Positions 21,267 to 31,182 of a stretch of 64,000 nucleotides of DNA are shown one piece after another (the stretch's first letter is position 1; the number at the start of each line of letters is the position of its first letter). Position numbers and translations under genes: made by a program. The notes beneath the pieces are model-generated. The model was not told the origin of the DNA. It ran no database searches and saw only the letters and a program-made list of their open reading frames with translations. The stretch lies in the NCBI GenBank assembly GCA_043800705.1, contig JAZDMS010000040.1, positions 1 through 64,000 on the forward strand, written 5' to 3'. This stretch comes from Candidatus Altiarchaeota archaeon. GTDB lineage: Archaea > Altiarchaeota > Altiarchaeia > IMC4 > SCGC-AAA252-I15.

Positions 21267-22007
21267 CTACAATACGACACTCTCTTGGCCGCTGACCCAT
21301 CTGGCTATCTCCTGCGGGCTCGCATGTTCTATCTGGTGCATCCTGACGTCCGCCGCCGACTTGAGAAGCTGGAACAGGATTAGAAGCAGGGTCGGGCCTG
21401 CCATGCTCAGATAGTCCGCCGTGCTCCCCAGTCCAACGAGATACAAGCCCATGGACAGAAAGATCCCGCCGACGTAGATAAAACCCGAGGCGATTATGGT
21501 CAGGTGCATGGGCAAAATCCTGGCGAACGGGATTGCAGCCACGACCCCTATGTTCAACCTTTTTGAGCTATCCTCCCTGACATTGTGTATGTAGGAGAAT
21601 CCGTGGTTGACGAGGAATATTGCCACGGCCAGGAGCATCCACGGAATCTCCCCCGACAGGATCCGGTATCCCATATCACTCAAGGCAAAGAGCAGGAATA
21701 CGGCGTAGGCGGCATGGAAAAATCCGAATCCGATAATAAAAATGACGGTCACCCAGGCTTTCACGGCCGATGAAGGGGTCAACGGCAGGCCGTTTATCTC
21801 CACCCCTTCGGTGGAATAATCCCCGAGGCTGAGCATCCTAAGTAGGCTGAATAGCCCGATGATGAGGCTCTGGCACCAGTAAACCCACAGGACCGTCATC
21901 AGGTTCCAACCCTCCAAGACAGCCAGCAGAATCACGAACAGATTAGAGGCTGCAAGCGACACTGCCGAAGGATCAGACCATGCACTCTTCGCCGCCGCCT
22001 CAGGCAT
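21267..22007 (-). CDS. Membrane protein (DUF6498-like)
   Basis: Multiple TM segments; YW.QSLIIG and P..RILPMHLTII motifs. Confidence 0.7.
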   Translation of the reverse strand: MPEAAAKSAWSDPSAVSLAASNLFVILLAVLEGWNLMTVLWVYWCQSLIIGLFSLLRMLSLGDYSTEGVEINGLPLTPSSAVKAWVTVIFIIGFGFFHAAYAVFLLFALSDMGYRILSGEIPWMLLAVAIFLVNHGFSYIHNVREDSSKRLNIGVVAAIPFARILPMHLTIIASGFIYVGGIFLSMGLYLVGLGSTADYLSMAGPTLLLILFQLLKSAADVRMHQIEHASPQEIARWVSGQESVVL

Positions 22008-22059
22008 AGCCTATATCTGACTGCAGTGATAATAAACCCTCAAACAAAGTAACTATGCT

Positions 22060-22155
22060 ATGAGAATCCGCGACATCGGCGGCGAATTCACGCTAATCAA
22101 CCGACTCGTATACGACATAACCAATAAACCCCCCGCGACCATGGGGTGGGCGTGA
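22060..22155 (+). pseudogene. Chimeric relic: thiL 5' end fused to guaA 3' end
   Basis: MRIRDIGGEFTLINR+LVYDITNKPPATMGWA* vs ThiL MKIKDIGGEFALINRV and GuaA INRVVYDITNKPPATMEWE*. Confidence 0.9.
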
Positions 22156-22158
22156 ACG

Positions 22159-23352
22159 TCAAAGCCCGGTTATTCTGTATCTGATATTCTTTCCGGCAGT
22201 TCCGTAACCCGCTTCGAATTCCAGCCTAGCCTCTTTATCCAGGTATCTGCCGGATATAATCCCTTTATCCTGCCATTGCGTGCCATTACCCTCAGCATCG
22301 AAGGAGACCGCGTAGTCATACTCTCCCCCCTTTACCCCACCGCAGCCGGGCCCTGAAGCCATCCCGTTCAACTGGAATACCATAGTCTTTGTGAACCTGA
22401 CTACGGGCTTCTCGGCGAGATCCTGGTCCAGGAAAGTTCCCTCAGGCATCATATCCCCGTAGCCCCTACCGCCAGTAATCCCCTGGTTCTGGGGCGGGTC
22501 CATGTCGACCCCATCCATCATCAAATTAGTTATCCTGCAATCGACTCCGTTCTTTGAGATTTTAAGGGTTGACCCGTCCAACTCCCCCTCTTCCCCCCCA
22601 AACACCAGGGTGAATACCGATTTGTCCGGCTCCGATGAGCCGAAGAAGGAAATGGGCGCGATAGCCAGCCTATCGAAACCGTCGACCCTTACGACCTCCG
22701 TCGGATTCAGGGGGCTGAGACCCGTCACGGATGAAAAAGCGAGCAGGAAAAAGATTGATGCCCCAAACAGCATCCCCCCCGGAATCAGCCAACATAGGAC
22801 AGCCTTAATAGCGCTCATCCTGCAGGTCTGACGAAGGATAAGCGTCAGCAGATAGAATGAAAAAATATGCGGGATATAGCTTACGACGATAGCCCCCATT
22901 CCAAAGACCGGCGATATGACCCTCTCCAAAATCCCCTGGATCAACGGCTGCACAACAGCGGCGATGAGGATATAAACCGGGAAATAAACCGACGCCATCA
23001 TATAATAGAGCTCAGTGAACGTGCATCTTCCGCCAAGGATCCGTGCGACAAGATACTCCCCTCCTGCAAAAATGAACGAGGCAATGAGGCCCATGATGGG
23101 ATACCCGACCAGGCAGAAGATGAACATGAGGCCTACGATCACAAGGGGGCTCCCGGTTGCCAGCATCATGAGGGGCAGGGCAAACGCAGCAAACAATGAC
23201 GCAATAAGGACGACTTCCACGCCTCTCGTCATGGATGCCCGAGGCAGCTGCCTGGAAATCAGGGCGGAGGGGTTTTTAAACAAAAGAACGGCTTTTTCGC
23301 GGAACCTCAATTCCACGCTCAAATCATTTGCAGAAACCGGCTCACCTTCCAC
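22159..23352 (-). CDS. YIP1-like membrane protein with soluble C-terminal domain
   Basis: LFKNP, ARILGG.CTF, five TM helices followed by a beta-rich tail. Confidence 0.7.
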   Translation of the reverse strand: MEGEPVSANDLSVELRFREKAVLLFKNPSALISRQLPRASMTRGVEVVLIASLFAAFALPLMMLATGSPLVIVGLMFIFCLVGYPIMGLIASFIFAGGEYLVARILGGRCTFTELYYMMASVYFPVYILIAAVVQPLIQGILERVISPVFGMGAIVVSYIPHIFSFYLLTLILRQTCRMSAIKAVLCWLIPGGMLFGASIFFLLAFSSVTGLSPLNPTEVVRVDGFDRLAIAPISFFGSSEPDKSVFTLVFGGEEGELDGSTLKISKNGVDCRITNLMMDGVDMDPPQNQGITGGRGYGDMMPEGTFLDQDLAEKPVVRFTKTMVFQLNGMASGPGCGGVKGGEYDYAVSFDAEGNGTQWQDKGIISGRYLDKEARLEFEAGYGTAGKNIRYRITGL

Positions 23353-23417
23353 TGAATAATCTATCTGCGGGAATCCCTTAAATAATCCCTATATCATCCG
23401 ATCCGTCAGAACAAGGA

Positions 23418-23449
23418 TCAGCAAAGTCCGGTACGAAGTGTTGGCGTCC
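23418..23449 (+). pseudogene. Second relic of guaA 3' region
   Basis: 27/32 nt identical to guaA 21129-21160 (SKVRYEVLAS vs SKVPYEVLES). Confidence 0.7.
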
Positions 23450-23455
23450 CTCACA

Positions 23456-24130
23456 TTATTCCGATCGCCTGCAGTATCCGGTCACACAATACAGGTTGCC
23501 TATCTTTTTGACTTCATGACTGGGGAAGCCGCTTTCCGCCATCAACGAATCCACGCGGCTTCTACTGTAGAAATATACTTCACACCCTCCCAGCATCAGC
23601 CTCGTCTTTCTGATAGGTGCCCTCCAGGTCATCAGCCTGGGAAAAGATAAAACGACCACGTCCCCTGTCGCATCCCGCATCTTCTTGAGTAATGGCAGAG
23701 GCTCCTTAACGTAGTCGAATAATCCCATGCCTATGCACGCATCGAATTTCTCTGCGCCAACGTAGGCGTCTAGGCTCGAATGTATGAAACTGCATCTGTC
23801 ATCAACGCCGTTTTCCCGGGCGTTTCTCCTGGAAAGCCTTACCATGTTTTCCGATATGTCCAGGCCGACCACGCGCAGGGCTCCGTGTCTTGCGGCTTCC
23901 ACGCTGTACTTCCCGCTTCCGCATCCCACGTCAAGAACAGTTTTCCCCTCCAATGGCCGGATCTTTCCCATCGCATACTCGAATCGCCCGTACATGTCTG
24001 CCCTGAAGATGCGGTCGATCAGGTTCGACAACGCCGACTTATCGTGAGAATAAATCTTCTGGAACGACTCCGACTCGCTATTCCAATATTCCCTTTGGGT
24101 TTTCACAGCTCTAGACCCTCCCTTATGCAA
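23456..24130 (-). CDS. Class I SAM-dependent methyltransferase
   Basis: VLDVGCGSG, VVGLDISENM. Confidence 0.88.
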   Translation of the reverse strand: MHKGGSRAVKTQREYWNSESESFQKIYSHDKSALSNLIDRIFRADMYGRFEYAMGKIRPLEGKTVLDVGCGSGKYSVEAARHGALRVVGLDISENMVRLSRRNARENGVDDRCSFIHSSLDAYVGAEKFDACIGMGLFDYVKEPLPLLKKMRDATGDVVVLSFPRLMTWRAPIRKTRLMLGGCEVYFYSRSRVDSLMAESGFPSHEVKKIGNLYCVTGYCRRSE

Positions 24131-24924
24131 GTGAACCTGAAATCATCTAAAAGGCGCTCAAGCCGCCCGCGAGTCCCCCCGAGATTGCGGTAATGCCTGA
24201 ACCTCTTGGTTAAGGGCAGTTCCACGCGAGGCTGCCCGGGATCGAGCTCCCAGGGATGTATATAAAAGACTACTGGCCGGCCATTATTATTGCAATTCCT
24301 GATACAGTACCTTGTATAGGCATACGGGAATATGCGGAAGTAGCCGCCGCCGCTGCAAGGCAGCCGCATGCCGAAAAACTCCGCGCAGGAGAGCGGGAAT
24401 TCGGTTATTCCGGCGGATATCTTGTACGGCTTAAGCGGCGCATCGGGCACGCCATAATCCGGATGGAAAGAGATAGGAAAAACTGACGAGTCATACTTGA
24501 GCCCATATTCCTCCAACACCTCCAACGCCCAAAAAGTCTCCGGTTTTAGCGTGAATGAGGGAGCCCGGTACCCCAGGATTTTCTGTTTAACGCCGCAGTC
24601 CCTGACGCAGTCCAAGGCCTTCCCGACGTCTATCCTAAATTCTTCCTTATCCATCTGGCTCAACAGTGAATGGCCGTATCCGTGAATCCCTATCTCATGG
24701 CCGGCCTCGTCTATCTTCCGGATCAGATCAGGTACACGCTCCGCAATCCATCCCAAAACGAAGAAAGTGGCCTTAACCTTGTGGATTTCGAGCAGATCAA
24801 GTATCTGGTTTAACCCAATCCCGACTCTCAACTCGCATGAGTCCCAATTGCGTCTGTCGATGACCCGGCTGAGATTGCTGACGCAAAACCAATCCTCCAC
24901 ATCCACGGAAAAATAATTCAACAT
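24103..24924 (-). CDS. Polysaccharide deacetylase (DUF3473 type)
   Basis: SVDVEDWF, ATFFVLG, HEIGIHGYGH, GYRAPSF, YDSS, GGGYFR, FYIHPWELDP. Confidence 0.9.
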   Translation of the reverse strand: MLNYFSVDVEDWFCVSNLSRVIDRRNWDSCELRVGIGLNQILDLLEIHKVKATFFVLGWIAERVPDLIRKIDEAGHEIGIHGYGHSLLSQMDKEEFRIDVGKALDCVRDCGVKQKILGYRAPSFTLKPETFWALEVLEEYGLKYDSSVFPISFHPDYGVPDAPLKPYKISAGITEFPLSCAEFFGMRLPCSGGGYFRIFPYAYTRYCIRNCNNNGRPVVFYIHPWELDPGQPRVELPLTKRFRHYRNLGGTRGRLERLLDDFRFTCIREGLEL

Positions 24925-25060
24925 ATGCCGGTATAGTATTACCCCGCAGGATAAAAAATCTCCAGCTTAAAAACCGCCCTCAAACGGGGGATTGATGCGT
25001 CGGATCCTTAGGCGACGACGCTCTTGACACATATGAAGCCAACGGAATACGATAGAACGA

Positions 25061-25657
25061 TCAGGCATCCTTCTCGATGCCGTCGGCTATATCGCATAAT
25101 ACGTTGATCATCTCAGCCATCCTCTTTGGCTCGTAGATTATCCTCCGGCTCTTGAATAAAATCTCCCCCTGTTCTGTCGATACCTCATCCCTGCTGTGAA
25201 TCATCAATCTTTTCAGCCTGGATTCCACCGAATCGGTAAACACTCTGGCAGCTTTTGACTTGTCGGGCGCATAAATGTTCAATTCCCCGTTTTTCCCCTC
25301 GCCTCTTTTTACGAGAAAATTGTCGCTCTCACCCTCGTATGCCGCATATACCCATGTCGCATACCTCTCGATCAATCCTTTCCTTTCGAGTCGCACCCCC
25401 GCTTGTCTCCCCCTCACCTCGAAATCCACGCATGTTCCCGGATTCCATCCATCTGGTATTTCGCACCCCAGTTCCTCTGAAAGCTCCCTCAGCACCCTCT
25501 GAAACCTTGGTTTGGTGCTGATCTCATACCACATATACGGTTGGCTGCCGCTCAGCAGTATCATGCCCCCCTTCGGGCCGATCAAACGGGCGACTAACAG
25601 CATAAAGGCTGCGAAAGCTAACAGGATAATGGACGCCAGAGAAGAACTAATCTCCAT
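25061..25657 (-). CDS. Hypothetical membrane-anchored protein
   Basis: 198-aa ORF with N-terminal TM helix. Confidence 0.65.
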   Translation of the reverse strand: MEISSSLASIILLAFAAFMLLVARLIGPKGGMILLSGSQPYMWYEISTKPRFQRVLRELSEELGCEIPDGWNPGTCVDFEVRGRQAGVRLERKGLIERYATWVYAAYEGESDNFLVKRGEGKNGELNIYAPDKSKAARVFTDSVESRLKRLMIHSRDEVSTEQGEILFKSRRIIYEPKRMAEMINVLCDIADGIEKDA

Positions 25658-25696
25658 GGTGTTTTATTCATCTCAGTACAATAAATGCAAGATAAC

Positions 25697-26641
25697 ATGA
25701 AAATCAAGGACATAGGCGGCGAGTTCGCCCTCATCAACAGGGTTGCTCGGCCTGGCGGGGCGGTCGTCGGAGTAGGCGACGACGCGGCGGTCCTGAAGTA
25801 TACGAAGGAGCGGTATCAGCTTTTCACGACCGACATGCTCTGCGACGGCGATCATTTCCGCCGCGACTGGGCCAGCCCCGAACAGATAGGGATGAAGGCG
25901 ATGGAGGTCAACGTCTCAGACATCGCAGCAATGGGCGGCCTCCCCACATACGCTGTCATCTCAATATCACTGACACATGACACGTCGGTCGAGTTCATGG
26001 ACCGCCTCTACAAAGGCTTGTACCACGTCGCCGACAAATACGACCTCAACATCGTCGGCGGAGACACCACGCACGCGGACATGATGGTCATAAACGTCTC
26101 AATGCTCGGAGAAGTGGAAAAGGACAGATTATGCCTGCGCTCAGACGCGAAGGTCGGCGACCTCATATGCGTCACAGGCGACCTCGGAAAAAGCGCCGCA
26201 GGCCTCGAACTTTTGAAGGGGGGAATGCGCGGCGAGCTCACAGCGTATCTGGAGCCGAAATGCAGGCTAAAGGAGGCCAGGAAAATCTCACACTATGCAA
26301 ACGCGATGATAGACGTCTCCGACGGCCTGGCAAGCGAAGTCAACCACATCTGCCATATGAGCAAGGTCGGGGGCCTCGTGAGAAAGGAGGACATACCCAT
26401 ATCCAAATCCACTATCGAATCCGCGCATAAGGTCGGCAAAGACCCGTACGATTACGCATTGAACGGGGGGGAAGACTTCGAGCTCGTGTTCACCGTCCCT
26501 CAAGCGTACCTGGGGAAGGTGGCGCACATAGATTGCCCGGTCACTGTCGTCGGAGAGATAGTGGAGAAAAGGCAGGGTTTGACGATTGAGTCGTGCGGCA
26601 GGAAAAAGCCCCTGAAGGGAGGATACGACCACTTCAAGTAG
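25697..26641 (+). CDS. thiL: Thiamine-monophosphate kinase
   Basis: GEFALI, GDDAA, TTDML..GDHF, NVSDIAAMGG, GGDT, DVSDGL, GGEDFEL. Confidence 0.95.
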   Translation: MKIKDIGGEFALINRVARPGGAVVGVGDDAAVLKYTKERYQLFTTDMLCDGDHFRRDWASPEQIGMKAMEVNVSDIAAMGGLPTYAVISISLTHDTSVEFMDRLYKGLYHVADKYDLNIVGGDTTHADMMVINVSMLGEVEKDRLCLRSDAKVGDLICVTGDLGKSAAGLELLKGGMRGELTAYLEPKCRLKEARKISHYANAMIDVSDGLASEVNHICHMSKVGGLVRKEDIPISKSTIESAHKVGKDPYDYALNGGEDFELVFTVPQAYLGKVAHIDCPVTVVGEIVEKRQGLTIESCGRKKPLKGGYDHFK

Positions 26642-28277
26642 GTGTTTGGTTGAAGCGGAAAACCGCCATGGCCGGATATTCTCCCATTTCCACGCGCTCG
26701 TATTCGACGCTGTCCTTCATCATTTTCTCCAGTGTGGCGATGTCGACCTGATTTTTCGGAGCTAAACCGGATTCTAACGACACGTAAGCCGGATCATACG
26801 ATCTTAACAGAGCCAGTCCGCCCTCAGGTTTCCACTCCCAATTCCTCAGGATGATTTGATCGCATTTTGCGCCATTTCGGAACCGGAAAAGGGCTGAATA
26901 ATACTTTGCCTCCTGAGCCCGATAATCGTATCCGAAGATCTCGACAATCCTCATAGTACCGTTCGCCTGAAGGCCGCAGGCTTTCTCCATGAATCCCATA
27001 AGCTGCTCTTTATCGCTGTCGTGCGTCTGCAGCCCATTGAGGAAGGCTGTCCCGTCAGGTTTCCCCGCCAAACTGAAAGCCCACGAATCCACAAGGAGCA
27101 ACTGTAATGTTAGGAGCGCTAAGGCGGCAAGCGCGAAAGTTCTCGCATACTTGTCTGCCCGGCTTAAAATCCAACAGGAAACGACTGCGAAATATGGAAG
27201 TAGTGGGAGTAGGAATCTCGGGAACTCGTTGGTGGAAAAGGAAAAGACCAGATAAAACAGGATTATCTGAAAAATCGAGGCCATCAAATATATGTCCCAC
27301 GATTTGAATCCCTTTTTCACCGTGATCCATGCGAGAGCAAAAGGGGCGAAGATGAACATTGCGATCGTGAAGCCTGTTGTCAGGTTCACCCCCGATATCC
27401 CGGCCAATATCTGGAGCTTGCTGATGACATCCGCCCTATGCCCCCATCGGGGGGATGTTGCGGAAGAAACCGCGTGGCCCCAGGCCGGGCCGATGTGTAA
27501 ATAGAACCAGGCGGACGCCGACGCCGCCAAAACCAAGGCTGCGAACGCCAAGAGCGGGTTCAACTTCGCGAAGCCAAAGCCTTTCCCTCGGATTCTGGCC
27601 AACACTAGGGCCGCGGGCCCGATGCAGTAAAGGGGGGAGGACAGTTTCGAGAGGGCTCCTATGGATGCGGCTGCCAAAATGCTTGCAAGGATCGTTGCCT
27701 TGTCCATGGAGGCTGCACGGACCATAATCCTCATGAACAGGGTCACCGACAGGAGGACGAAGACGTCAGAGTAATACTGCCCCGACATTGCGACGAATAT
27801 CGGCGCGGCAGCGATAACGGCGCAGCCCGCAAGGGAGATGAGACGGTTGAAGTACATGGACTTCAGCGTTCCAAACATGATCCCAAGGGTCAGAACCTGC
27901 ACAAGGAAGACCGGCAGCCGAAGGCCGAACTCCATCGATTTCGTCAACAATCCAAGCGGGACGAAAAACTGCCCGACCCAAATCATCAAAGGCGGCTTAT
28001 ATGGGGATATTTGAAAAACCAAAGACAGCCAATTTTTGGGGTTGCTTTTTAGCTCCGAATAGAGCCTCAAAGACTCTTCGGCGTAGTCGAGGCAGTCGCC
28101 ACTCGGAAGTTTGGCGTCTAGGGCTATCCACACCAGACTCGGAGCCGCAAGAAGCAGGATGAAAAGGACAGCATATGTGTCCCCTCCTGCACGGAGACTT
28201 TTCAGCCGAGATTCCGGCAGCATCCAAGGTAATCTATTTTCGATGAATAATAATCGTTTTAAAAATGCCAGCCTCAT
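26634..28277 (-). CDS. GT-C (PMT/GT39-like) membrane glycosyltransferase
   Basis: D..DY, YKPPL, RFLLPLLP motifs; many TM segments; start uncertain. Confidence 0.75.
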   Translation of the reverse strand: MRLAFLKRLLFIENRLPWMLPESRLKSLRAGGDTYAVLFILLLAAPSLVWIALDAKLPSGDCLDYAEESLRLYSELKSNPKNWLSLVFQISPYKPPLMIWVGQFFVPLGLLTKSMEFGLRLPVFLVQVLTLGIMFGTLKSMYFNRLISLAGCAVIAAAPIFVAMSGQYYSDVFVLLSVTLFMRIMVRAASMDKATILASILAAASIGALSKLSSPLYCIGPAALVLARIRGKGFGFAKLNPLLAFAALVLAASASAWFYLHIGPAWGHAVSSATSPRWGHRADVISKLQILAGISGVNLTTGFTIAMFIFAPFALAWITVKKGFKSWDIYLMASIFQIILFYLVFSFSTNEFPRFLLPLLPYFAVVSCWILSRADKYARTFALAALALLTLQLLLVDSWAFSLAGKPDGTAFLNGLQTHDSDKEQLMGFMEKACGLQANGTMRIVEIFGYDYRAQEAKYYSALFRFRNGAKCDQIILRNWEWKPEGGLALLRSYDPAYVSLESGLAPKNQVDIATLEKMMKDSVEYERVEMGEYPAMAVFRFNQTPT

Positions 28278-28320
28278 GGCAATTCCACCGATTATATACT
28301 CCTTCGACAAATATCCCTTT

Positions 28321-29046
28321 ATGGTAGTGAACATCGTCGTGACCGGCAAGGTCCCTGACAATCCAACCATCATCGAAGCGTTCCCGAGCAGGGGATACGT
28401 CAGCACCATAGCAGGCAACCACCTCATCCGCCAGGAGAAGATGGAACAGATCGGCTACATAGAGTCCGACAAGCTCGACGCCATCGCAGTCGTCCACGAC
28501 GGCAAGCCCATGCACCCCATACGGATATACTCGAAGGGCGACCTGGTCGTCCTGTTCTCCGAGCTGATAATCCCCCTCAACCTCACACACGAGTTCAGCA
28601 CCGAAGTCATAAACTGGTTCAAGAAGATCAAGCCGAAGAAGGCGATCCTCCTGGCAAGCATCCCCGGGGTCGAGACCAGCAAGGAGCATGAGATATTGGC
28701 CGTGTCCACCGACGGGCAGATGATCGAGAAGATCAAGGCGTTGAAGATCAAGCAGATGAACGAGGGCGTCCTCACCGGGATGAGCTCGAGCCTGATGATA
28801 AAATGCTGCTGCTTAGAAATACCAGTCACGTCTCTGATGGTGGAGACGACCTACATACCCGACGTGCTCGCGGCGGCGAGCCTCATGAAGATGCTAAGCG
28901 ACATCCTCGGCCTTACCGTCAGCATAGAGGAGCTAACGAAGGCGGGCCACGACATCGAGGAGAAGTTCCGCGAAAACCTCGAACAGATGAAGATCGGCCA
29001 GGAAAACTTCAAAGAGATGCACCAACAATTGCCAATGTACAGATAG
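28321..29046 (+). CDS. Proteasome assembly chaperone (PAC2) family protein
   Basis: IEAFPSRGYVSTIA..HL, HPIRIY, GVLTG, PD..AAA, C-terminal PMYR. Confidence 0.85.
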   Translation: MVVNIVVTGKVPDNPTIIEAFPSRGYVSTIAGNHLIRQEKMEQIGYIESDKLDAIAVVHDGKPMHPIRIYSKGDLVVLFSELIIPLNLTHEFSTEVINWFKKIKPKKAILLASIPGVETSKEHEILAVSTDGQMIEKIKALKIKQMNEGVLTGMSSSLMIKCCCLEIPVTSLMVETTYIPDVLAAASLMKMLSDILGLTVSIEELTKAGHDIEEKFRENLEQMKIGQENFKEMHQQLPMYR

Positions 29047-29186
29047 CGGTCTTCCGTCTATCGCCCTGGCAAACGGTCCCGTCTTGGGCCTTGTTTGCGG
29101 CATGGGCTTGTTGCGGCGTCAGCCATCCATCAGAGAGACTGAGGCCTGAGGCCGAATGTCTCTCATTCGCCGGCCTTAGAAGGCCG
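29047..29186. repeat. Degenerate heptamer/hairpin element between duplicated PAC2 ends
   Basis: Starts TAG-CGGTCTTC like the element at 40939; ACTGAGG CCTGAGG units; CGAATG-TCTCT-CATTCG hairpin. Confidence 0.5.
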
Positions 29187-29234
29187 CAGGAGAACTTCAA
29201 GGAAATGCACCAGCAGCTGCCGATGTACCGCTGA
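29187..29234 (+). pseudogene. Duplicate of PAC2-family 3' end
   Basis: Encodes identical QENFKEMHQQLPMYR* to 28999-29046 with 9 of 16 codons synonymously changed. Confidence 0.92.
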
Positions 29235-29291
29235 CCCCATGAACCGGCCGGGGCGCTGTCTTTATTTTCCTGTCCTCGTCGAATATGTATT

Positions 29292-30173
29292 ATGGCCTCC
29301 GAAGACAACCAACAAAAACTTACCCCCTTGCGGGAAACATCATCCCCCGCCTTGCCGCTGACAATGGGGCCCCTTGAGGCGACAAGCCTGTATTTCCGGG
29401 ATGTCATGATGCGGATTGACTCCCTAAAGCTTAGGCATGAGGTTCTGAAGCTCGGTGAAGTCACCCACTCCCACAAGACCTACCCCCTGTATGCGATAAA
29501 ATCTGGAAGCCGTATGCCGGATGCCCCGAATGTCATAATCTGCGCGGGCATCCACGGGGATGAAAAGGCAGGGGTGCAGGCGGCGCTGGACTTCATGGAA
29601 CAACACCATTCCCCATACTCCGGCAGGCTCAATTTCACCGTCATCCCCTGCATGAACCCATCGGGCTTCGAGGCAACGACCCGGGCATCAGCGTCTGGCA
29701 CCGACATAAACCGCGACTTTGGCGAATCAAGCAGAACCCAGGAGGCCACATTGGTTCGCAGGTTCATAGAGGGAGAAAGCGCGAAATTCGTCCTCGGATG
29801 CACCCTGCATGAGGATAACAGCGAACTATCAGCCGGAGGCCGCCCATTGACCGACAACCCCGATGGATTCTACCTGTACGAGTACCGGTCTAACGCATCA
29901 GGGAGCCTTGGCAGGGGAATTCTCGCGGATCTGGAGGGAAAAGGGGTCAGCGTCTACAAGAAGCCGATGATATACTCGGAAAAAAATGACCACGGCATGG
30001 TCCTCGAGGTAGGGCCCATGGACCCCAAGAGGCCGGATTCAGCCTCATTTGAGAACTTTCTCCGAAGGTGCGCAGCCTGTGTCATAAACACCGAGACACC
30101 AACCTCGTGGTCATGGGACTCAAGGGTCAAAGCGCAAATCCTCGGGATAAAGTCGGCCTTAGACCGACAATAG
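29292..30173 (+). CDS. M14 metallocarboxypeptidase / AstE-AspA family
   Basis: AGIHGDEKAG, PCMNPSG, DINRDF, LHED, ETP. Confidence 0.85.
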   Translation: MASEDNQQKLTPLRETSSPALPLTMGPLEATSLYFRDVMMRIDSLKLRHEVLKLGEVTHSHKTYPLYAIKSGSRMPDAPNVIICAGIHGDEKAGVQAALDFMEQHHSPYSGRLNFTVIPCMNPSGFEATTRASASGTDINRDFGESSRTQEATLVRRFIEGESAKFVLGCTLHEDNSELSAGGRPLTDNPDGFYLYEYRSNASGSLGRGILADLEGKGVSVYKKPMIYSEKNDHGMVLEVGPMDPKRPDSASFENFLRRCAACVINTETPTSWSWDSRVKAQILGIKSALDRQ

Positions 30174-30233
30174 GGGCGCCTATACGCAGAATGAGCCTTT
30201 AATAAGAGCGTCCGCCCTAATAGGTTGGGTAAA

Positions 30234-30401
30234 ATGCCATCTTTGAAGAAGGTTAAAAGGGACGGCCTTGCAGGCGGCGCGGGCCTCATCAGGTACTTCG
30301 ACGTCGACGAGGGAGGGCCCAAGCTCGACCCGAAGATGTTCCTTGGCGCGGTAGTCGCCATAATATTGTTGGAGATACTCTCGAAGATAATCCTCTCCTG
30401 A
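30234..30401 (+). CDS. secG: Preprotein translocase subunit Sec61beta (not in ORF track)
   Basis: MPSLKKVKRDGLAGGAGLIRYFDVDEGGPKLDP + C-terminal TM; AGLIRYF motif. Confidence 0.9.
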   Translation: MPSLKKVKRDGLAGGAGLIRYFDVDEGGPKLDPKMFLGAVVAIILLEILSKIILS

Positions 30402-30445
30402 GGATTCTAGGCCGCCGGAAAGACGGCGGCGACGGTGATACTATT

Positions 30446-31180
30446 ATGGCTTCCGGGGGCCTTGGCGGCAAACGGGTCTGCGTAAACTGCGGCGAGATCG
30501 TCGAAGGGCAGGGCAACTGCCCGAAATGCGGATTCGAACCGAAGACTGTAAAGACATTCGAACGGACCAAGACAGCAGCCCCGAAACCCCCAGAAATCGA
30601 GGGGCCAATAGAGGGGCAAAAAACCGAAACCGCCCCTGCACTCTCGCCGGAGGAGGCGATCATGCAGGCCTCGAAGGAGGCGAGCGAATACCGCCAGACG
30701 CCGAAGCCTGCCAGCAAACCCGACATCAGGGTCGTAGCATTGGCGGGCAGCCTCGTAATCCTGCTGGCGCTCATCGGCCTCGTGTTCATGACATTCTCGG
30801 GAGGACTGAACCTAGACCTTTTAGGAACTACTACTACGACTACGGCGTCATCAACCTCCACTACGTCGACGTCCTCGACTTCCACGACCACTTCCTCAAC
30901 CACGTCGACGACCACATCGTCGACGACCACGTCGACGACCACTACGATGATGTCCTTCCCCTGCTCCGTCAACATGGACTGCGGCAACGTGACCGAGGAG
31001 AGGATATGCCACCAGGGCGATGTCTACCTGAACCGGAGGACTCCGATATGCCAGCACCCCGCGACTCCGTACGCGGTCTGCATAGAGAAGAACACGCTCG
31101 CCCGCTCGCCTGTTCAGGCGTGCAACAACGGATGCAAGGACGGGGAATGCCTGTCTATGTGGGTGAAACCTGGAGTTTAG
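30446..31180 (+). CDS. Zn-ribbon, TM, Thr/Ser linker, Cys-rich extracellular domain protein
   Basis: CVNC..CPKCG, TM helix, poly-T/S, CNNGCKDGEC. Confidence 0.75.
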   Translation: MASGGLGGKRVCVNCGEIVEGQGNCPKCGFEPKTVKTFERTKTAAPKPPEIEGPIEGQKTETAPALSPEEAIMQASKEASEYRQTPKPASKPDIRVVALAGSLVILLALIGLVFMTFSGGLNLDLLGTTTTTTASSTSTTSTSSTSTTTSSTTSTTTSSTTTSTTTTMMSFPCSVNMDCGNVTEERICHQGDVYLNRRTPICQHPATPYAVCIEKNTLARSPVQACNNGCKDGECLSMWVKPGV

Positions 31181-31182
31181 GT

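Noticed and set aside
28999-29234. Diversity-generating retroelement TR/VR pair
   Set aside because: Mismatches are not confined to adenines of one copy, are all synonymous, and no reverse transcriptase is present.
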